The notes beneath the pieces are model-generated. The model saw only the letters and a list, made by a program, of their open reading frames with translations, did no database searches and had not been told where the DNA came from. Below, piece by piece: positions 20,501 through 30,466 of a stretch of 64,000 bases of DNA. Origin of the DNA: Gemmatimonadaceae bacterium (lineage in GTDB: Bacteria > Gemmatimonadota > Gemmatimonadetes > Gemmatimonadales > Gemmatimonadaceae); contig JBGAJQ010000001.1 in the NCBI GenBank assembly GCA_044224875.1, positions 128,001 to 192,000 on the forward strand, read 5' to 3'. The first letter of the stretch is position 1. Every line of letters begins with the position of its first letter. The position numbers and the translations under genes were made by a program.

Positions 20501-21657
20501 ACGTCCCCAAGGAGGCGCTGCCAGTTGCCTCCAATGATTTTGGCGATGCGGGCCGATCCGTGACCCGCCTTGGCGAGTGCATCGGCGATCAACTCCATGC
20601 GTCTGGGCTGGTTGAAGTCGGCGACGTAGTTGAAGACGTTCTCGTCCTCGCCCGGGGCCATGATGCCGGCCCTCCGGCGGTTTTGCACGAACTGCACATG
20701 CTTGGCGCGGAACTCGGCGGTGATGTCCAAGGGCGTGATGGAGAGGTCGCTCCCAATCCCTACGTGGTCCTCGCCGCAGACATCGACCGCTCGCCCGATG
20801 TGCCGCACGACATCGTCCGCGTTAGGTGCGGTACCAGAACGAAGGAAGGGCATGAGATAGATGCCGACGACGCCACCGGTGTCGGCGATCGCTTTGAGCA
20901 GTGCATCGGGCTTGTTCCGGGGGACGTCGTTCAAGGATGCGCAGCCTGTGTGGGTCGCAGCCACGGGCTTCTTTGATGCCTTGACCGCGTCCGCACTCGT
21001 CTGACGGCCGACGTGTCCCAGGTCGACGAGCATACCGACGTCGTTCATGCGCTCGATGACGCGACGCCCGAACGTTGAAAGTCCGCTGTTGGCTGGCTCC
21101 AGGCAGCCATCGCCAAGCAGGTTTCGCACGTTGTAAGTGAGCTGAATGATGCGCACACCCAGGCTGTGGAAGAGTTCCACACGCGAGACGTCCGCGTCGA
21201 GCATCACGGCGTCCTGAAAGCCAAGGATGATGCCCACGCGACCACTCCGCTTGGCCTCCTTGAGATCGGCGAGCGTGCGGATCTTCATGAGGACGTCGGG
21301 GTGCGCGGCCAATTCCCGCTCGTAATAAGCGATGTTCTGCACGGTCTGGATGAACGCCGGCGCTCCGACACCGCCGCCGCTACATGTGGCATTCACCGCA
21401 GTAATTCCGGACTTTCGCGCGTTCTCCAGCATATCCGGAGAGAGCGGCTTTACGTATTGGTCCGGCGAGTTGAAGTACGTGACATTCGCCAGACAGTCGA
21501 TGACGACGGCGTCATTATAGCCAGGCCACAACGGTCGCGGCGCCAGCGGTGCAGCTGCCGTTGCGTCGCCGGCCTGCTTCAGCGGTAACGTTGACGCGGC
21601 GGTGGCGGCTGCGGCAAGGCGCGTGAAGTCGCGCCGGGAAATGGGGTGCTCGGGCAT
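20491..21657 (-). CDS. Membrane dipeptidase (M19) family protein with Tat signal
   Basis: MPEHPISRRDFTRLAAAATAA twin-arginine signal; same M19 motifs as the downstream paralog. Confidence 0.85.
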   Translation of the reverse strand: MPEHPISRRDFTRLAAAATAASTLPLKQAGDATAAAPLAPRPLWPGYNDAVVIDCLANVTYFNSPDQYVKPLSPDMLENARKSGITAVNATCSGGGVGAPAFIQTVQNIAYYERELAAHPDVLMKIRTLADLKEAKRSGRVGIILGFQDAVMLDADVSRVELFHSLGVRIIQLTYNVRNLLGDGCLEPANSGLSTFGRRVIERMNDVGMLVDLGHVGRQTSADAVKASKKPVAATHTGCASLNDVPRNKPDALLKAIADTGGVVGIYLMPFLRSGTAPNADDVVRHIGRAVDVCGEDHVGIGSDLSITPLDITAEFRAKHVQFVQNRRRAGIMAPGEDENVFNYVADFNQPRRMELIADALAKAGHGSARIAKIIGGNWQRLLGDVWT

Positions 21658-21784
21658 GAAGGGTCTGAGGGAGTCGCCCAAACATGCAAGCACCGCATCG
21701 ACTTCGTAATCCCACCGGAGCGCCAGGTCCACTCGCGCTCCGCACCACGCACCAAGTCCGGCGATGGAGCGGAGCACAAAGCGG

Positions 21785-22327
21785 CTATCGACCTGTCGCG
21801 ACCCCGCCGGCGAGACGCTGTGAATTGCGCAGCGGCGTGCCCCAGTGGTGCCCGGCGGCCTCCGGCGCCGACACCTCGGTCACCTGCGATGCGGGATGCG
21901 AGTGCAGCACGATATCGAGGTCGGCACCCAAGGCTTCTGTGAGACGCAGGAGCGTTTCCATCTGCCAGTTATGGGTTGCCGTCTCGAGCGCGGCGATCCG
22001 CTGACGGGTGACGCCCATGCGCCGAGCGACGTCGGTCAGTGACCAGCCCCGTTCCCGCCGGATCCAGCGCAGCTGCAACGCCACCGCATGACTTGGTGAG
22101 AGAGGAATTGCAACACATGCGGTGGAGACGAGCCGGATGGCATCGTCGCGAGGTCGTGGAGGTAACTCACCGCGTCTTAACATGGTTGCGATGCGTGTGT
22201 GAAGCGCCTCGCGCGCTTCGGTGGTGACGTGCGTGAGATCCTGGCCTTCGGCACGAAGTCCCGGCAAGTCAGGAAATTCCAACTGCCATCCATCGGCAGT
22301 TCGTTCGATATGGGCGATGTACTTCAT
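21785..22327 (-). CDS. HicB-like antitoxin domain fused to XRE-type HTH
   Basis: MKY.AHIE....GW.LEFPDLPG..AEG.......EAREAL...GELPP.P (HicB), followed by LRWIRRERGWSLTDVARRMGVTRQRIAALE (HTH_3). Confidence 0.8.
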   Translation of the reverse strand: MKYIAHIERTADGWQLEFPDLPGLRAEGQDLTHVTTEAREALHTRIATMLRRGELPPRPRDDAIRLVSTACVAIPLSPSHAVALQLRWIRRERGWSLTDVARRMGVTRQRIAALETATHNWQMETLLRLTEALGADLDIVLHSHPASQVTEVSAPEAAGHHWGTPLRNSQRLAGGVATGR

Positions 22328-22349
22328 GTGTATGTCGTGCGGCCCGTGA

Positions 22350-22379
22350 TGCACTGGAGCGTGGTAACGCTCCAGTGCA
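22350..22379. promoter_or_regulatory. Perfect 13-bp inverted repeat (hairpin or operator) between susD-like and hicB-like genes
   Basis: TGCACTGGAGCGT-GGTA-ACGCTCCAGTGCA. Confidence 0.55.
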
Positions 22380-22393
22380 CCCGGCCACGTCTC

Positions 22394-23809
22394 CTACCGG
22401 CAAACGCCAACGTACTTCGTTCCCTTCACGCCGTTCAGCAGTTCGTTCGACTCCCGCTCGGCGACTCCAATCGGAAACAGGCAACCCGGCTGCCTGACCG
22501 CCGTGGAGTTCGGATTCCAGTTCGCATCCACGATCTTCCAGCGATACATGTCGTTCAGGCGACGGCCCATGAACAGCAGGCCCACCCGGCGTTCGAACTC
22601 GAGCACCTGACTACGCGACCAGCCGTTGGTGCCCAGGTACGCACCGGTCGTTTCATCGTACGCCTTCGCGAGCCCCTTGGCTGCGCGGAACGCGTTGATC
22701 GCCTTGCCGAAGGCGATGTCCCCAGCCGACGTCGCCTTCGCCAGCTCCGACTCCGCGAGCAACAACCGCATTTCGTTGTCCGAGGCCACACGGATAGGCG
22801 GGAGATTGGGATCCCCGTCGTAGGCGCAGGCGCTCGCCGTACACGTTGCCAGATTCACCAGGGCGATGTTCTCCGTGGCAAAAGGCTCAGGCCTGGTCGT
22901 TTCGATGATGTCCTTCAGCGTGACGCTGGTCGGCTTGTTCGTGGGACCAAGGCTGACGAAGAACGTGGACGTCGTGATCTCCACGCGGTTGTTCAGCTCA
23001 AACCCAAACGGCGGGTTGCCTTGGTTTACCGACGTCACCTGTATGTCGTAATGTGTGAAACCGGACGTCAACGCAGCCGTCGCATCCGCCGCGTAGCCGT
23101 TGTCGGCCACGAGCGGGTTCGTCGGATTCGCCGGCACCGGGTTCAACTTCGCCCACACGCCCTTCGCATGCTTCACGCGGGCGCTCATCGCCTGGAACAC
23201 CGGCTTCAGATCGCCGTTCATCGCCAAGCCCTTGGCGATGCCGCTCGAGGCGCTGTCATACATCTTCGCCATGTTCGCTTCCCCCACCGCCGCCCCGGCA
23301 ATCGTCTTGTCGGAGATGGTGAAGTCATCGTACATGTCGCCGATCATGGCGTACATCACGGCCTTGTTCAGGTACGCCCGTTCCAGGAACGCGTCGTCGG
23401 ACAGGTTGCCGGCCTTCTGGAAGCCTTCCAGCAGCTTCACGGCATTGTCCGCCAGCCAGCGCGCCTCGTTCACGTTGAACGACGCCGCGTTGGTGTACTC
23501 GTTGGACTGATTGCCCGCCTGGCCCTGATCGAGCTGCTGGTAGTCATCCCGCGAGCCACGGAAGATCGTCTCGTCCGTGATCGCCGCGTAGGGCGTGTAG
23601 ATCGACTGCAATGCCCGCACGGTGCTGTTCTCCGCACCGTTGATGATCGTCCCGGCGGCGGCCGGATTCGTCAACGCTTCCGCGGTGACGTTGTTCGGGT
23701 TGTCGACTTCGAGCAGGCCCGAACAGGCGGCGAGGGCCAGGGTGGCCAGCGACGCCGTCGCGGCGCGCACCAGGGTGCGCGCCGGACGAAACATGGGGGT
23801 GGATGTCAT
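22394..23809 (-). CDS. SusD/RagB-like outer-membrane lipoprotein
   Basis: LALAAC lipobox, LLEVDNPN, EMRLLLAE, ERRVGLLFMGRRLNDMYR, PIG.AE..SN. Lies directly after the SusC-like gene; GGAG RBS. Confidence 0.8.
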   Translation of the reverse strand: MTSTPMFRPARTLVRAATASLATLALAACSGLLEVDNPNNVTAEALTNPAAAGTIINGAENSTVRALQSIYTPYAAITDETIFRGSRDDYQQLDQGQAGNQSNEYTNAASFNVNEARWLADNAVKLLEGFQKAGNLSDDAFLERAYLNKAVMYAMIGDMYDDFTISDKTIAGAAVGEANMAKMYDSASSGIAKGLAMNGDLKPVFQAMSARVKHAKGVWAKLNPVPANPTNPLVADNGYAADATAALTSGFTHYDIQVTSVNQGNPPFGFELNNRVEITTSTFFVSLGPTNKPTSVTLKDIIETTRPEPFATENIALVNLATCTASACAYDGDPNLPPIRVASDNEMRLLLAESELAKATSAGDIAFGKAINAFRAAKGLAKAYDETTGAYLGTNGWSRSQVLEFERRVGLLFMGRRLNDMYRWKIVDANWNPNSTAVRQPGCLFPIGVAERESNELLNGVKGTKYVGVCR

Positions 23810-23825
23810 GTCGAGTCGCTCCATC

Positions 23826-26800
23826 TTAGTAGCCAAGGCGGACGGAGAGAGCGACACGCCGCGGAATGGGCATGCCGAACCCGTCGATGCCTTCGTTGAA
23901 GTTGTTCTGGAGTCCCGCGCCCACACCGGCGGAGAAGATGTTGATCTCCGGATCCTGACCGTCGTAGTGCGGCGCCCAGAGCATGAGGTTACGACCCGTC
24001 AGAGACAACGACAGGTCGCGGGCGCCCAATCGGGCGGCCAGTGCACGCGACGCCGTGTACGTCACCGACAATTCGCGCCACCGGACAAAGTCGCCCGGCG
24101 CCTGCTGGTTGAGGCCCGGATACGAATTCAACGCTACGAGACCCAGCCAGGACTTGGCTGCCCCGAGTCGATCTGCCGCTGTGCTGGATGGATTGCGAAG
24201 CACGCTCTCGATTCGAGCTGCGGCCTCGGTATTCTGGCCACGCGCGTTCGCATTGCGGAAAGCGCAGGTCAAACACGTGTACTGGTAGTTCCCGCCCTTG
24301 TATTCGAAGAGCGAGTACACGCGCCAGCTCTTGCCGATGTTCACCGACCCACCGAACGAACCGGTCCAATCCGGGAACGGCTTGCCCGTGAAGTGGTCCA
24401 GCTTGTCTGTGTCGCCGTCCTCATCAACGAGCAACACCACATTGCCAGCGATGAGCTTCGAGAGTGCCGATGGGGCGGTAAGGGCGGCCGACACCTGCGC
24501 TTCCGTGTCTGGCAAGCCGTCACCGTTGAAGTCGTACGGTAGCTCACCGCTGTTCAAGCAGGTGTAGGTCTTGCCCGAGGGACGCTCAGCGCAGGAACGC
24601 ACCAGCTTGGCGCCGAACATCGCGCCCGGCGTGAAGCCTTCCTTGATGTAGTTACGATAGCGCGGATACGACCCGCCGACCTTGATCTCGGCGGCACCGC
24701 CTAACGACGTGACGGTCTGTGACAGATAGGCACCGTTGACGAAGATGTCCGCCGAGAGGTTTGCTTTCTGCACCAGGAACGCCTTGACGCCGATTTCGTG
24801 TCCATAGGCCTTCATCTCACCGATGTTCGACAGCTGTGTCGCCTGGAAGCCGCCGGAGATCGGGTACTGCTTGTCCACCAGAAGGTCCTTGATGTCGCGA
24901 TGGAAGTAGGTGTACTGCACGCCGATCTTGTCGGCGAACAGTCCGACTTCAGCGCCGCCTTCGATTTCGGTTGAGACTTCCGGCTTGAGGTCAGGATTGC
25001 CGATGTTGCCCGGCGAGAGACCGGAGCCCGCGTCACCCGACAGCGGGTTGAACGTGGTGAGCTTGGAGAACGCGCCAGGTTGGCGGCCCGATTGGCCCCA
25101 GGCGCCGCGCAGACGAAGGGCAGAGATCCCCAGCATCGGCTTCCAGCTCTCGCGGTCCGATGGGACCACCGAAAGAGAAACCTTCGGATACAACACACCC
25201 TTGGAGCTCTTGCCGAATGTAGAGCTGTAGTCGTAGCGGGCACCGCCCGTGACGTAGATCCAGTTCGTCAGCCCCAACTGCTCCTGCGCGAAGAATCCGC
25301 CGTTCACGGTCTCACTGATGGCCTCGAGTGCCTGTGCGTCGTCACCGGCTGGCGTGACATTGATGCCGGGGCCCGGGAAGTTGTGGTTGAACGAACCGGG
25401 CTGCGCCGTCTTGGAGAAGAAGCCTTGCGCACCAAGGACGAACGAGGAGTTCAGTCCCAGGAGGGGCCTCGAGTAGTTCACCTTCGAGTCCAGCGTGATC
25501 TCACGCTGATTGCGGTCCTGCACCGTGCGGTTGCCCGCCGGATCGTTGTTGTAGACGGCATTGAAATCGGTGCCAAATGGCTGATATCCGAAGTTCTGTC
25601 CGCCCGTGTAGTCAACACCGGCGGTGGTTGCCCACGACAGGTTCTGCCACGGTGTGTACGTCACGTCCACCGCGCCGATGATCCGGTCGATCTTCTGCTG
25701 CGTGTGAATCGCCATCAGCTCTTCGGGGGTGCCGAAGCCCTGCACGCCAAAGGTGTTGCCGGGTCCGTTGCAGGTGCCATGGCCCGTATTGTCCACCGTC
25801 CCGTTGTTGCAGCTTACCAACTCCGGCTTGCCAAACAGCGCTTGTGTGACTGGCGCGAAGATGTTGTTGGCATTCTGCGGGGTTTCCTGGAACGTGTTCG
25901 TGTAGGACGACCGCACGCCAATGCGCAGGCTGTTGTAGGGCACGAACCCAAGGTTCACCGTCGCGTTGGCACGACGCACCACGTCCACGGACGGGTCCGT
26001 GACGTAGCTCGTACCGCCAAACGGGCCATCTTCCTTGTAATAGCGGCCGTTCACGAAGTACGTGAGGGCCTCTGTACCGCCGGTGATGCCTAACGACCCG
26101 GTCGTCGACTGACCGAGGTCGTAGAACCGCTGCACGAAGGGTTCCTCGAACGGCTTGTAGTCCTGGATGTCCGTCCGGCCATAGAACGCGTTGAGCTTCG
26201 CAGCGCTCGTGTTTCCCGTGCCGCCGCGCGGGACGCCAAAGTTGGATTCCAATCGGTTCGTGGGATACCGCAGCAAGTCGCCTTGCAGCTGGAAGTCCCA
26301 CTTCGGCTTCCCGGCCGATCCCTTCTTCGTGAAGATCTGGATCACGCCGTTGGACGCTTCCGTGCCGTACAACGTGGCGGCTGCTGCGCCCTTCAGGATC
26401 TCGACGCGCTCGATCGTGCTCGGATCGATGTCGTCCAGACGCGAAGGCGCGGCGGCACCACCGTCACCAACATTCATGGAGAAGTCACCCGACGAGTTGA
26501 TGCGGATGCCGTCCACGAAGATGACGGGCTCGTTCGACTGCGACAGCGACGCATTGCCGCGGATACGGATCCGGGCGCCCGTGCCGGTCATGCCCGACGA
26601 CGGCAAGCCAACGACGCCGGGTTCCCGACCCTGCAACAATTCGTTTGTCGTTGCAATCGGCGCGAACTTCGGCGGCTCCACCTGCGCCACCGTGTTGCCG
26701 AGGTGCTTCACCTCGGTTGCCATCGCGGTACCCGTCGTCACAACGGCTTCCAGCTGCAGTGCGGATTGCGACAGGTCAAAGTCCGCGCGGACCGTGGCCC

Positions 26801-27098
26801 CCGCTCGAACTACCACTTGCTTGGCCCCTGCGGTGAACCCGATGAGCCGAGCGCGCAGGTCTAGCGTGCGGGCCGGCGCATTCGCAATGCGATAGTTGCC
26901 GTCCCGGTTGGTCACTGCGCCGACGCCCAGCCCGACCGCGCCGACCTGCACGCCTTCGAGCGGACGCCCGGTCTGGGCCTCCTTCACCGTCCCCTCGATC
27001 ACCCCGACTCCTGTTTGAGCTGCAATGGGGGTGACGGCACTGGCGATCCACAGCAGTGCGCCGGTGACGGAGGTACAACATCTCACAAGCCTGTGCAT
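23826..27098 (-). CDS. SusC/RagA-like TonB-dependent receptor
   Basis: Signal peptide, carboxypeptidase-regulatory-like N-domain, LEAVVTTG, IRIRG..S, P.IFVDGIR, IERVEILKGAAAATLYGTEASNGVIQIFTKKG, GNPDLKPE, C-terminal aromatic residue; AGGAGG RBS. Confidence 0.92.
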   Translation of the reverse strand: MHRLVRCCTSVTGALLWIASAVTPIAAQTGVGVIEGTVKEAQTGRPLEGVQVGAVGLGVGAVTNRDGNYRIANAPARTLDLRARLIGFTAGAKQVVVRAGATVRADFDLSQSALQLEAVVTTGTAMATEVKHLGNTVAQVEPPKFAPIATTNELLQGREPGVVGLPSSGMTGTGARIRIRGNASLSQSNEPVIFVDGIRINSSGDFSMNVGDGGAAAPSRLDDIDPSTIERVEILKGAAAATLYGTEASNGVIQIFTKKGSAGKPKWDFQLQGDLLRYPTNRLESNFGVPRGGTGNTSAAKLNAFYGRTDIQDYKPFEEPFVQRFYDLGQSTTGSLGITGGTEALTYFVNGRYYKEDGPFGGTSYVTDPSVDVVRRANATVNLGFVPYNSLRIGVRSSYTNTFQETPQNANNIFAPVTQALFGKPELVSCNNGTVDNTGHGTCNGPGNTFGVQGFGTPEELMAIHTQQKIDRIIGAVDVTYTPWQNLSWATTAGVDYTGGQNFGYQPFGTDFNAVYNNDPAGNRTVQDRNQREITLDSKVNYSRPLLGLNSSFVLGAQGFFSKTAQPGSFNHNFPGPGINVTPAGDDAQALEAISETVNGGFFAQEQLGLTNWIYVTGGARYDYSSTFGKSSKGVLYPKVSLSVVPSDRESWKPMLGISALRLRGAWGQSGRQPGAFSKLTTFNPLSGDAGSGLSPGNIGNPDLKPEVSTEIEGGAEVGLFADKIGVQYTYFHRDIKDLLVDKQYPISGGFQATQLSNIGEMKAYGHEIGVKAFLVQKANLSADIFVNGAYLSQTVTSLGGAAEIKVGGSYPRYRNYIKEGFTPGAMFGAKLVRSCAERPSGKTYTCLNSGELPYDFNGDGLPDTEAQVSAALTAPSALSKLIAGNVVLLVDEDGDTDKLDHFTGKPFPDWTGSFGGSVNIGKSWRVYSLFEYKGGNYQYTCLTCAFRNANARGQNTEAAARIESVLRNPSSTAADRLGAAKSWLGLVALNSYPGLNQQAPGDFVRWRELSVTYTASRALAARLGARDLSLSLTGRNLMLWAPHYDGQDPEINIFSAGVGAGLQNNFNEGIDGFGMPIPRRVALSVRLGY

Positions 27099-27383
27099 GT
27101 GCTTCTCCTCCTGGTGTCACGCGTGGGAGCCCACAGCCCGGCCTCGGTCGCCATCACAGGGCGTTCGTACGAGGACTGTGGCCGGCACGCGTTGGGATTG
27201 CACCCAATGAGCGGCGACCGCGCAGCTGATTGCGCACGGGTACGATGCGGCGGGGATCCCCACGCCGCCCTGCGAAAGGGCGCAGGTGTGAGGAACGCGG
27301 TACGAACGGCGCAGGACGCGGACCATCACCGCGCGTCCCGTTGCCTAACGGACGGCGGCTCGCGGCAACCCTGCAGTTGCGTG

Positions 27384-28295
27384 TCAGGTCATCGGCTTGA
27401 GGAGCCGCGCCGCGCGAAGTCGGCTCACCTTGAGCTTGGTGCCGTTGCGAAGAATTGCCACGTAATCACCGCCGAACCACGGTTGCACCTCGCGGATACA
27501 GTGGATGTTGACGACCGCCGATCGGTGAATGCGCACAAAGATCTTTGGATCCAGGCGCGCGGTGACATTCCGCAGCGAAGCGCGCAGACGATGCTTCACG
27601 TCGCCAACATGGAGGAAGACATAGTTGCGGTCGGCTTCAATCCAGTCCACATCGGTGGTCATCACAAAACGAACGCGGCCGTCCCCACGGACGGCGAAGC
27701 GCCCAATGAACCCTCGCCCCTCGCCTTGGGCGTCACCGTCCTCGTCCCAATCATCACTCGGCGCGCCGGCGGGCTCGCGCGATGCCGGAATCACGGGTGC
27801 CGACGCGGGCGTGTGCGCCACGCGTTCCTCCAGACGTTCAGGCGAACCACCGTTCCAACTCTGCACCACATCGGCGAGTCGACGCGCGAGTTCCGAACGT
27901 TGATGCTCACGCATGCGCTCACGAACGCGTTCCACCGCGCCCACAATGCGCCGGTCGTCGAAGGGTTTGAGGACGTAGTCGATAGCGTGTACTTCGAATG
28001 CACGCAGGGCATGAGCGTCGAACGCCGTCACGAATACCACGAATGGCATGCGATCGGCACCAACTCTATCGATCACCCCGAACCCATCGAGGTCCGGCAT
28101 CTGGACATCGAGGAACACGAGGTCGGGGGATGTGGCGTTGATCTCCTCGACCGCGGTGGCTCCGTCGGCACATTCGGCGATGATTTCAACACCGGTCGCA
28201 CGATCCAATGCCAGACGAATGCAGTCGCGCGCGAGCGGCTCGTCGTCAACAATCAGTACGCGAACGATGTCACGCTTCTCAGCTTGTTCAGTCAT
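27384..28295 (-). CDS. LytTR-family response regulator (copy 1)
   Basis: VLIVDDEPLAR, PDLVFLDVQMP, FVTAFD, DYVLKPFD; LytTR motif FVRIHRSAVVN. Confidence 0.9.
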   Translation of the reverse strand: MTEQAEKRDIVRVLIVDDEPLARDCIRLALDRATGVEIIAECADGATAVEEINATSPDLVFLDVQMPDLDGFGVIDRVGADRMPFVVFVTAFDAHALRAFEVHAIDYVLKPFDDRRIVGAVERVRERMREHQRSELARRLADVVQSWNGGSPERLEERVAHTPASAPVIPASREPAGAPSDDWDEDGDAQGEGRGFIGRFAVRGDGRVRFVMTTDVDWIEADRNYVFLHVGDVKHRLRASLRNVTARLDPKIFVRIHRSAVVNIHCIREVQPWFGGDYVAILRNGTKLKVSRLRAARLLKPMT

Positions 28296-28721
28296 CAAGG
28301 TCCCGCCTTGCACTGCAGAGCGCACCGTGGCGGATCCATCTGCCGAATTGCGTGCGCGTAGGTTTGAGAAGTAACCCTGCGGCGCGGCAGCATTGCTTCA
28401 AGTCCAACAGGGCTCAACGGCGATTGGCGAGGTCTGAACGGTTGGAATCGGCCCGGTCCTCAGCTGCACTCACCCCCGACCGCGCATGGCAACAGGTGAT
28501 GGCGGGATCCGCTACCTGTCTCGCAAAGGCAGCCTAACGCCGTGGGCCTGCAAAGGTCGGCGACGACTTCCCACAGACCGGCCCGTTTGTGAACCGTTGG
28601 CACCAGCTGGCTCGCTCTGCCGCGGAAAAGCCCAGACTTTCACCGCCCGTGCGACCGCGGTCGCGTGCCACGATGTTCGGGCCATCTCGCAGATGGCGTC
28701 ACAGGCTTGCTGAGGTGTCGT

Positions 28722-29249
28722 ATGAGAATGCTGGTCTTTTGCTTCGCCGTTGCCGCCTGCTCGGCGGCAACGAGTTCGCAGAGCGGGATGTCAAGACAGT
28801 CGTTGGCGCCGTCCGCAGATGGATATGGAACGGAAGTTCAGGAGGGGCTGAGGCTTGCTAGGGCAAGCACGGCAAAATTTGTGGAACTCGATTCGGCGGT
28901 GGCGGCGGGCTACGCCCACGAAGTGCACGACTGCCTGTCTGCTGCGGCCGGTGGAATGGGTTTCCATCATATGAATCGCAGCTACATGGATACAAAGCTC
29001 GACGTGGAACACCCCGAGATCTTGCTCTATGAACGCCTAAAGAGCGGCAAATACTCGTTGAACGGAGTGGAATACATCGTGCCGTATCGCGTTTGGCCGA
29101 AAGACTCGATTCCTCCGTCCATCATGGGTCAGTCCCTTCGGCGGGCCGATGAACTCAATCTGTGGTATCTGCACATGTGGATATGGAAGTACAATCCATC
29201 CGGGCTGTTTGCGAACTGGAATCCGACGGTACATTGCGACAAGGCGTGA
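28722..29249 (+). CDS. Exported hypothetical protein with His/Trp motifs (GMGFHH...PEILLY...GVEY...LHMW...NP.GLFA.WNP)
   Basis: GAGG RBS, VAAC lipobox-like signal, and a motif pattern recalled from an uncharacterised bacterial family. Confidence 0.65.
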   Translation: MRMLVFCFAVAACSAATSSQSGMSRQSLAPSADGYGTEVQEGLRLARASTAKFVELDSAVAAGYAHEVHDCLSAAAGGMGFHHMNRSYMDTKLDVEHPEILLYERLKSGKYSLNGVEYIVPYRVWPKDSIPPSIMGQSLRRADELNLWYLHMWIWKYNPSGLFANWNPTVHCDKA

Positions 29250-29278
29250 GCCTTGGCATCACGTGAAAGGAGGTACCC

Positions 29279-30466
29279 TTGGCCACCGCAACAATCGACG
29301 GACTTAGCCCTGAGGCGCCCGACGTCGCGGTAGCGCAGCCGAATTTGCGACGAAGTGTGGCGCTGTCGTTCGCCATCTTCCTGCTCATCGGAGTGGCGGA
29401 GTCGGCAATACACGTTTTGCTGGGGCCGAGCGCGACAAGAACACCAACGTGGAGTAGCGAACTGCGCGGCAACATGCCCTGGTGGTTGCTATGGGTTGTG
29501 TTCATGCCGGCGGTGTTCGTGTTGGCACGCCGTTATCAGTTCCATGGTCCCAGCCGCCTAAAGAGCGCGCTGGCTCACGCCGGCCTGGGCCTGGTGATCG
29601 CAACGGCGCACGGAGTCACGTTCGCCGTCACCTTCCACGCGTTCACCGGCAAGGTGCTCGCGCCGACCTTCGCTGGGCAGGTTCGGTGGTTTGTATACGG
29701 GTATCTTCTGATGGACCTGATCACGTACGCCGCGTGCGTAGGCATCTATTGGTCCGTCGAGTACTTCTCGCAGTATCAGGCTTCGGCGCTGGCGGCGGCC
29801 CGGTCAGATGCACACGCCGCCAAGCTGCAACTCCGCCTGGCGGACGCGCGAATTCATGCGCTGCGCATGGAGCTCAACCCGCACTTCCTGTTTAACGCGC
29901 TGAATTCCGTGTCGGGGCTCGTTCGCAAAGGAGAGCAGGCGAGTGCGGTCGAGATGCTGGCCAGACTCGGTGAACTGATGCGCACAACGCTCAATCGCGA
30001 CATGCCGCCCGAGGTGCCGCTGGCAGAGGAAGTCGCCCTGTTGCTTCGCTTCCTCGACATTGAAATGGTCCGTTTTGGCGACCGCCTGCGTGTTGGGTGG
30101 GATGTTGGAGCTGATGTCTGGCAGGCGATGGTGCCCCCGCTGATCCTGCAACCCCTGGTGGAGAACGCGCTACGACACGGAATATCCCGACGCTCAGGTG
30201 CCGGCTTGTTGCACATCAGCGCTCGCCGCTCCGGGTTGCAGCTGGAGTTGGTCGTTCAGGACTCCGGCGAAGGCGTGCAGAAAGCCGCGCGACCCGTTGG
30301 GGCTGGCATCGGACTTACCAACACGCGCGCGCGCCTCGAGGAGCTGTACGGCACGGAAGGGGCATCGTTGGACCTGTCGAACGTGGCGAGTGGTGGTGCA
30401 CGCGCGCGAATCCTCCTGCCGCTGCACCTCAGTCGCACTGAACCAGATGCCGTCGCGCTCAACTGA
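29279..30466 (+). CDS. LytS/YehU-type membrane sensor histidine kinase
   Basis: AGGAGG before TTG; 4-5 TM segments; ELNPHFLFNALN, RFGDRL, VPPLILQPLVENALRHG, D.G.G, GIGLTNTRARL. Confidence 0.9.
   Translation: MATATIDGLSPEAPDVAVAQPNLRRSVALSFAIFLLIGVAESAIHVLLGPSATRTPTWSSELRGNMPWWLLWVVFMPAVFVLARRYQFHGPSRLKSALAHAGLGLVIATAHGVTFAVTFHAFTGKVLAPTFAGQVRWFVYGYLLMDLITYAACVGIYWSVEYFSQYQASALAAARSDAHAAKLQLRLADARIHALRMELNPHFLFNALNSVSGLVRKGEQASAVEMLARLGELMRTTLNRDMPPEVPLAEEVALLLRFLDIEMVRFGDRLRVGWDVGADVWQAMVPPLILQPLVENALRHGISRRSGAGLLHISARRSGLQLELVVQDSGEGVQKAARPVGAGIGLTNTRARLEELYGTEGASLDLSNVASGGARARILLPLHLSRTEPDAVALN

Noticed and set aside
22199..23899. 566-aa plus-strand ORF, and other long antisense ORFs (1729-3039, 23622-24542, 25080-26093, 27015-28361, 32576-33463)
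   Set aside because: These are shadow frames opposite well-supported genes in high-GC DNA, Arg/His-rich and without motifs.
27099..27383. Cobalamin or TPP riboswitch upstream of the TonB-dependent receptor
   Set aside because: The B12-box and TPP core motifs were not found on the minus strand.
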